From Eledone cirrhosa (taxonomy: Eukaryota), in NCBI GenBank assembly GCA_964016885.1, contig OZ024748.1:13206001-13270000 (forward strand): DNA of 64,000 bases. Reading direction: 5' to 3'. Position numbers and translations under genes: made by a program. Below, in pieces: positions 57,977 to 64,000 of this stretch. How positions within the stretch are numbered: the stretch's first letter is position 1; each line of letters opens with the position of its first letter. The notes beneath the pieces were generated by a model. That model was given only the letters and a program-made list of their open reading frames with translations. It had not been told where the DNA came from and made no database searches.

Positions 57977-58908
57977 CGATGGTGATGATGGTGGTGATGG
58001 TAGTGTGGATAATGGTGATGACGATGGTGATGATGGTGGTGGTGGTGGTGATGATGGTAAGGGTGATGACGATGGTGATGATGGTGGTGGTGATGGTGGT
58101 AAGGGTGATGACGATGGTGATGATGGTGGTGATGGTGGTGGTGAGGATAATGGTGATGATGATGGTGGTGATGGTGGTGATGATGGTAAGTGTGATGACG
58201 ATGGTGATGATGGTAGTGAGGATAATGGTGATGACGATGGTGATGATGGTGGTGATGATGGTGGTAAGGGTGATGACGATGGTGATGATGGTGGTGATGG
58301 TGGTGGTGAGGATAATGGTGATGATGATGGTGGTGATGGTGGTGATGGTGGTAAGGGTGATGACGATGGTGATGATGGTGGTGATGGTGGTGGTGAGGAT
58401 AATGGTGATGACGATAGTGATGATGGTGGTTATGATAATGGTGATGACGATGGTGATGATGATGGTGAGGATAATGGTGATGACGATGGTGATGATGGTG
58501 GTGGTGATGATAAGGGTGATGACGATGGTGATGATGGTAGTGTGGATAATGGTGTTGACGATGGTGATGATGGTGGTGATGATAATCGTGATGACGATGG
58601 TGATGATGGTGGTAATGATGGTAGTGAGGATAATGGTGATGACGATGGTGATGATGGTGGTGATGATGGTAATGGTGATGATGACGACGATGATGATGAT
58701 GGTAGTGATGATGGTGATGATGATGATGGTGGTGATGGTGATGGAAATAGTGCGGATAATGGTGATGACGATGGTGATGATGGTAGTGATGATGGTGATG
58801 ATGATGATAGTGATGGTGATGATAGTGATGGTGATGATGCTGACGATGAAGATGGTGATGAAGATGATGATGATGTGGATTATGATTATGATGGTGGTGA
58901 TGGTGGTG
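57977..58908. repeat. GAT/GGT-derived minisatellite
   Basis: ggtgatgacgatggtgatgatggt recurs throughout. Confidence 0.95.
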
Positions 58909-60267
58909 TTTGCCGTGTAGTTTGTTTAGGTGCTGGTTCATAATGATAATGACGATGATGATGATGATCGTGGTGATTGTGGTGGCGGCGGTAATATTGG
59001 TTTTGTATAACTTGTTTGATGATAAGAATGAAGATGATGATGACGATGATGATGATAATGAAGCTTGTTGTTGTTGTTGTTGCGATCTATTTATCCTCTA
59101 TATCTATTTCTCATTTCCCCCTCTCGCTCTTTTTATCCATTTCTCCAGGAAAATATTCACAACGTGAGATGAGAGGGGCCCCAATACCTTAAACGTGCCC
59201 AAAACATATCGTTTGTCATTACGGTGCCCCTGTGACACCATCAGAAGTTACGGGTACATGCATAGATTTCTATATGAAAGGAATAAATAAAATGAATTCT
59301 ACAAGTTAAATAGATAGTAGAGCTATGTTTAAAACAGAATTCACTAGCTTCATGTCTGGGAAACCTTGGATGTCCGTAAATGCAGTTATCGAGGCCCGTA
59401 TGTTAACATTTCTTTTTAACTTTTGTTAATCTAACAAATCACAATCTGGGATGAATTAATTGTAACAAGGTAAGTGGGAAAATACTTTGATACTAACCCT
59501 GAAATTGATTCTAATTCTATGAGACGCAACTACTGATTTTAAAAGTTTCCTACTTAATACAAATTCTTTGAATATAATTGGATATAAAAACGGTTTGGTA
59601 AGTTACTATTCTAGAAAATGAAATAATTAATAATTTTAGTAGATTCTTCAAACTTCTTTAGTTAATAAAAATACAGTCTTTCATCAGAAATATGGTCACG
59701 AAAGCATCAATAAAAGGAGACTTGGTAATGGAAATTTGGGAACCATTAGTTTAGAGAATATACAAAATGTTGATGTCTAATTGGAAATGGAAAAAGATTA
59801 GATAAAGGGAAAATAAATGGAGAGAACATTCTTCACACTCGTCAATATTTTGCTTGATTGACTAGTGACGGATTGAAACAAGAGGGAAATACGAAAAAGA
59901 AAACCTTGAACATTTTAAAATAAAAAAATAAACGTAAATATATTGTACATTAGAAATAAACGAAAATAATTGATTTTTACCTGTACAAATCAATACTTAG
60001 TCTAAAAATATTACCAGAATAAAATAATATGGAAAGAATTTGACGTCAACTGTACAGTTATGAAATGAAGATAAAGAAACCATCAACCACATCATTTTCG
60101 TTATTTTCGGAAGAACAGTTTTTGTAAAAGCAGAATATATTTCATATATATGAATGTATAAACTATTCTATATCTTCGGGAAATATCCACACACCTCCGA
60201 GTCAAAACTAAGATATATGTGGTATAGATTAGACAGAAAATCTAGAATCTGAAATAACATAGCTTAT

Positions 60268-60452
60268 TGATTGGCAGTATCGGTAGAGGGTCGGACGCCA
60301 TGCTTCCCAGCATAGTTACGTCCCTTTACGATCTGAGTTCAAATCCCGCCGAGGTTGACTTTGTTTTTCATCCTTACGGGGTCGATAAAATAAAAGTACC
60401 AGTAATGCACTGGATAATTGCTGGCCTTGTGCCTAAAGCAGAAACAATTATT
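60268..60452 (+). mobile_element. Main-family SINE
   Basis: Near-consensus full copy. Confidence 0.9.
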
Positions 60453-60743
60453 AGGTTATATCCTCTTCAAGAAATAAATATAATAAAAACAAAAATCAGG
60501 AATTGGGAGGAGAACATTAAAACGAAACGAATATCCATATTTTTATAGAGGTTACCAAGATAGTGTGTTAGTTGAGATTTTTTAAAAGAACCTCTGAATG
60601 GAAAACAGATTGAGTACATGGGACACGAACCCATATCTTTGGTTTGTCGGACCAATATGTTACCATTACACCACCAACACACCACCCATGCATACCTTTA
60701 TTCAATTAGAAGCTATATAACCATAGCAGGTATATATATATAT

Positions 60744-61022
<279 letters not shown>

Positions 61023-61088
61023 TAGATCGAAGTTTTTTAGCCTGTATATATCCTTTCTCTAGCTAATTCAAAATATGGACTAATTGTT

Positions 61089-61202
61089 ATCCCGCCGAGG
61101 TTACCGTTGCCTTTTATCCTTACGGGGTCGAAAAAATACAGCACCAGTAATGCACTGGTGTAATTGCTGGCCTTGTGCCAAAACCAGAATCAATTATTAT
61201 TA
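61089..61202 (+). mobile_element. Main-family SINE 3' half
   Basis: atcccgccgaggtt..gccttttatccttacggggtcg...ggccttgtgccaaaa. Confidence 0.85.
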
Positions 61203-62089
61203 ATATTTTAATTTTGGCGGTGGCTTAAGTATTCATTATACCTCGCCGTAATTTATTTCTACACAAAATATCAATAAACAGACACTGCACCTATATTACA
61301 TAGAATATTTTGTGTACAATACAAAACCAAACCAAAGGAAAGCATTGCACCTGCCCAGGGGACAATGTACCGCGCTCATTATTAAATAATATCGATAATA
61401 ACAACGATTTTTAATATTTTAATGGTTTCTATAGGCCTTGTACCTACGTTAGAAATCGATATTTTAATGTCTGTTTTAATTATAGTAATTTATTTGTTTA
61501 AAATAATATTATGTAGTTTTTTTAATTAATTACAGATGTTGCTATTCCGGTTGTCGTTCTTGTTGTTGTTATTGTTGCTGTTATTATTATTATTGGTGTT
61601 GTTGTTCTTCTCGCTGTTGTTGTTGTGTGAATATTAACTAGGATGTTTGAAATACTAAATATAGTTGAACGTCCTGAACAATTCGAAAAACTATAAAATC
61701 ACAGACATTATGGAAGTTAAACATTAATAATAACAACAATATAATGAGATATTTACACGAGGAAAAATAAAGAAAAAAAACTAATGCAAGTGTGGAGGCG
61801 AAGATGGGGATTGATTAAAAAAAATCACAAATCTCGATGGAAAAAAAATGGCGGCTAAATATGGAGTGGTCTCTTAGTTATTATTCTGTTTGGTTAATTT
61901 GTTGGTTAACGTTTATATTTCGACTATTATTACGTTTGGATTGGTTGGTTTCACAATGCTGTATATAGTTTTGTAAATGTCAAGAATAAGGTTTAACAGT
62001 TAACGTTTTGTAGGCCATGAAATCTAATTAACAAGGCATTCTTGGAAAGTGCAATTCAGGACAATGATTAAGAATTAAATTTGTTACTA

Positions 62090-62240
62090 CAGGTAAAATT
62101 CCGTGATAACGAATACCATTATAACGAATTTTTCAGAATAACAATTTTTTTTCAATCCCCCGTCAATCTCGTTATGAAGAATATTTCGTTACAACGAATT
62201 TGTTATACACCGTGAATTTCGTTATAACGGAATTTCACTG
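62090..62240. mobile_element. Tc1/mariner-pogo (Tigger-like) MITE
   Basis: TA|CAGGTAAAATTCCGTGATAACGAA ... TTCGTTATAACGGAATTTCACTG|TA: imperfect ~23-bp TIRs, TA duplication, internal ATAACGAA repeats. Confidence 0.8.
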
Positions 62241-62348
62241 TAATACATTTTCTTATATTAATTTGTCCGCTAGTTGTGGAACTACTACCAAACTCGTCTC
62301 ATGGACTGAGTGCTCTACTACTACGGTTATAACCCTCCAATGTTCTAC

Positions 62349-62417
<69 letters not shown>

Positions 62418-62420
<3 letters not shown>

Positions 62421-62572
62421 CGAAGGAAGTGTGGTAGGGAACCAGGTAACCAGGTGGACCATATCCCACCAGAGTACTCGGTAATGTGAGTAGTAGAGTG
62501 GGTAATAGGAAAATAGTCCAGAAATAGCTGTTGAAACGGCTTGAGCTCTGCTCTCGGAGTTCTGACTGTTTT

Positions 62573-62576
<4 letters not shown>
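62418..62576. mobile_element. Family B diverged copy with internal inversion
   Basis: taacgaaggaagtgtggt...agtagagtgggtaataggaa (inverted tail) followed by ttgaaacggcttgagctc...tttcctat; (TA)n on both sides. Confidence 0.65.
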
Positions 62577-62619
<43 letters not shown>

Positions 62620-62810
62620 CCGTTAGCTTCTTGCTAAAACAATCTCTATACCTCTCATTTATATATATATATATATATATTTATTAAAATAAATTTATTT
62701 TAATAAATATTTGCTCTACGGTTCTTATATATCTGATATATATTTATCCTTATCGAGCCCTCTTTGGATTTTAGTCTTCAAATTTATTATTATTACTATA
62801 TATATATATA

Positions 62811-63208
<398 letters not shown>

Positions 63209-63382
63209 CGTCCTTTCGAGATTGATAAAAAAAAATTTACCAGTCCAGTTCTGGTGTCGATTCTTCCTTTATAGAAAAAATCATCTGTGTTCAGACTACG
63301 AGAGTGTTGAGCTCCGCTAGGTTTAAAAAGTGCCCTAGACACGCCGTGTGACGGTGTCTCTACGACTCCTTTTTAATAATAT

Positions 63383-63452
<70 letters not shown>

Positions 63453-64000
63453 ATACGTCTAACACACATACTATATATGTCTATACAAGATCTATAAATG
63501 AGCCCATCCAGTTTCGTTTCTCTTCTCCGTTTCTTTCTTCACTCCCTCAGACACTCACAACATACATACACTACCACTATCGCACAATTCTCATCTCTTA
63601 GCCCTTCTAACCCTAACCCCGTCTCTCTTCCTCTCACCCCTCTTCCCTCTCCCATATATACTCAATGTCGTCCATTATCTCCATTTATTGACTTTCACTT
63701 ACTGTTTCTCTCTTTCCTTCTTTCTCTTTTTTTTCTTTCTCTTTCTTTCTTCCACTCCGTCTTTCTTTCTATCTCTCTTTCTCTCGTTTCCTTCTTTCCA
63801 CTCTCTTGGAAGTTTTTTCTTTCTTTTCTTACATTTTTCTGACTATTTTTTGTTTCTTTTCCCCTATTTCGTTTTCAAGCACCTCCCCTAACTTATCTCC
63901 ACATTACTTCCCCTCGCTCCCTCACACACTCCCTCCTTTACCCTCCACCCCTCTCTCTCTTTCCCTCTCTCACACACAATCTCATCCGTACTCTCCCCCT

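Noticed and set aside
57891-58943. 350-aa Asp/Gly-rich ORF resembling an acidic biomineral protein
   Set aside because: GAT/GGT repeat expansion, no signal peptide, non-ATG start, and open in other frames too.
63606-63620. Telomere-like CCCTAA units
   Set aside because: Only about two units in a pyrimidine-rich tract.

Overview
AT-rich, microsatellite-saturated animal genomic DNA. The repeat content (tRNA-derived SINE families, RTE and Dong/R4 LINE remnants, very long (TA)n arrays) points to a cephalopod, probably Octopus (inference). The only supportable protein-coding feature is the terminal exon of a Distal-less/Dlx homeobox gene (36669-37040, +), beginning VKIWFQNRRSKYKKMMK right after a canonical splice acceptor. 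I could not find the upstream homeobox exon, so the first ~36.6 kb is probably one large intron. Nearly all other ORFs in the track are simple-repeat artefacts. The most notable hidden structure is a set of short (80-400 bp) non-coding elements from several families, embedded in or next to (TA)n arrays. They carry type I hammerhead ribozyme folds and/or inverted 'arm plus tail' ends resembling Penelope-like element pseudo-LTRs or retrozymes. The four hammerheads with complete catalytic boxes all lie antisense within the putative Dlx intron. Coordinates of degenerate repeats are approximate, and family names were assigned by eye without a database search.
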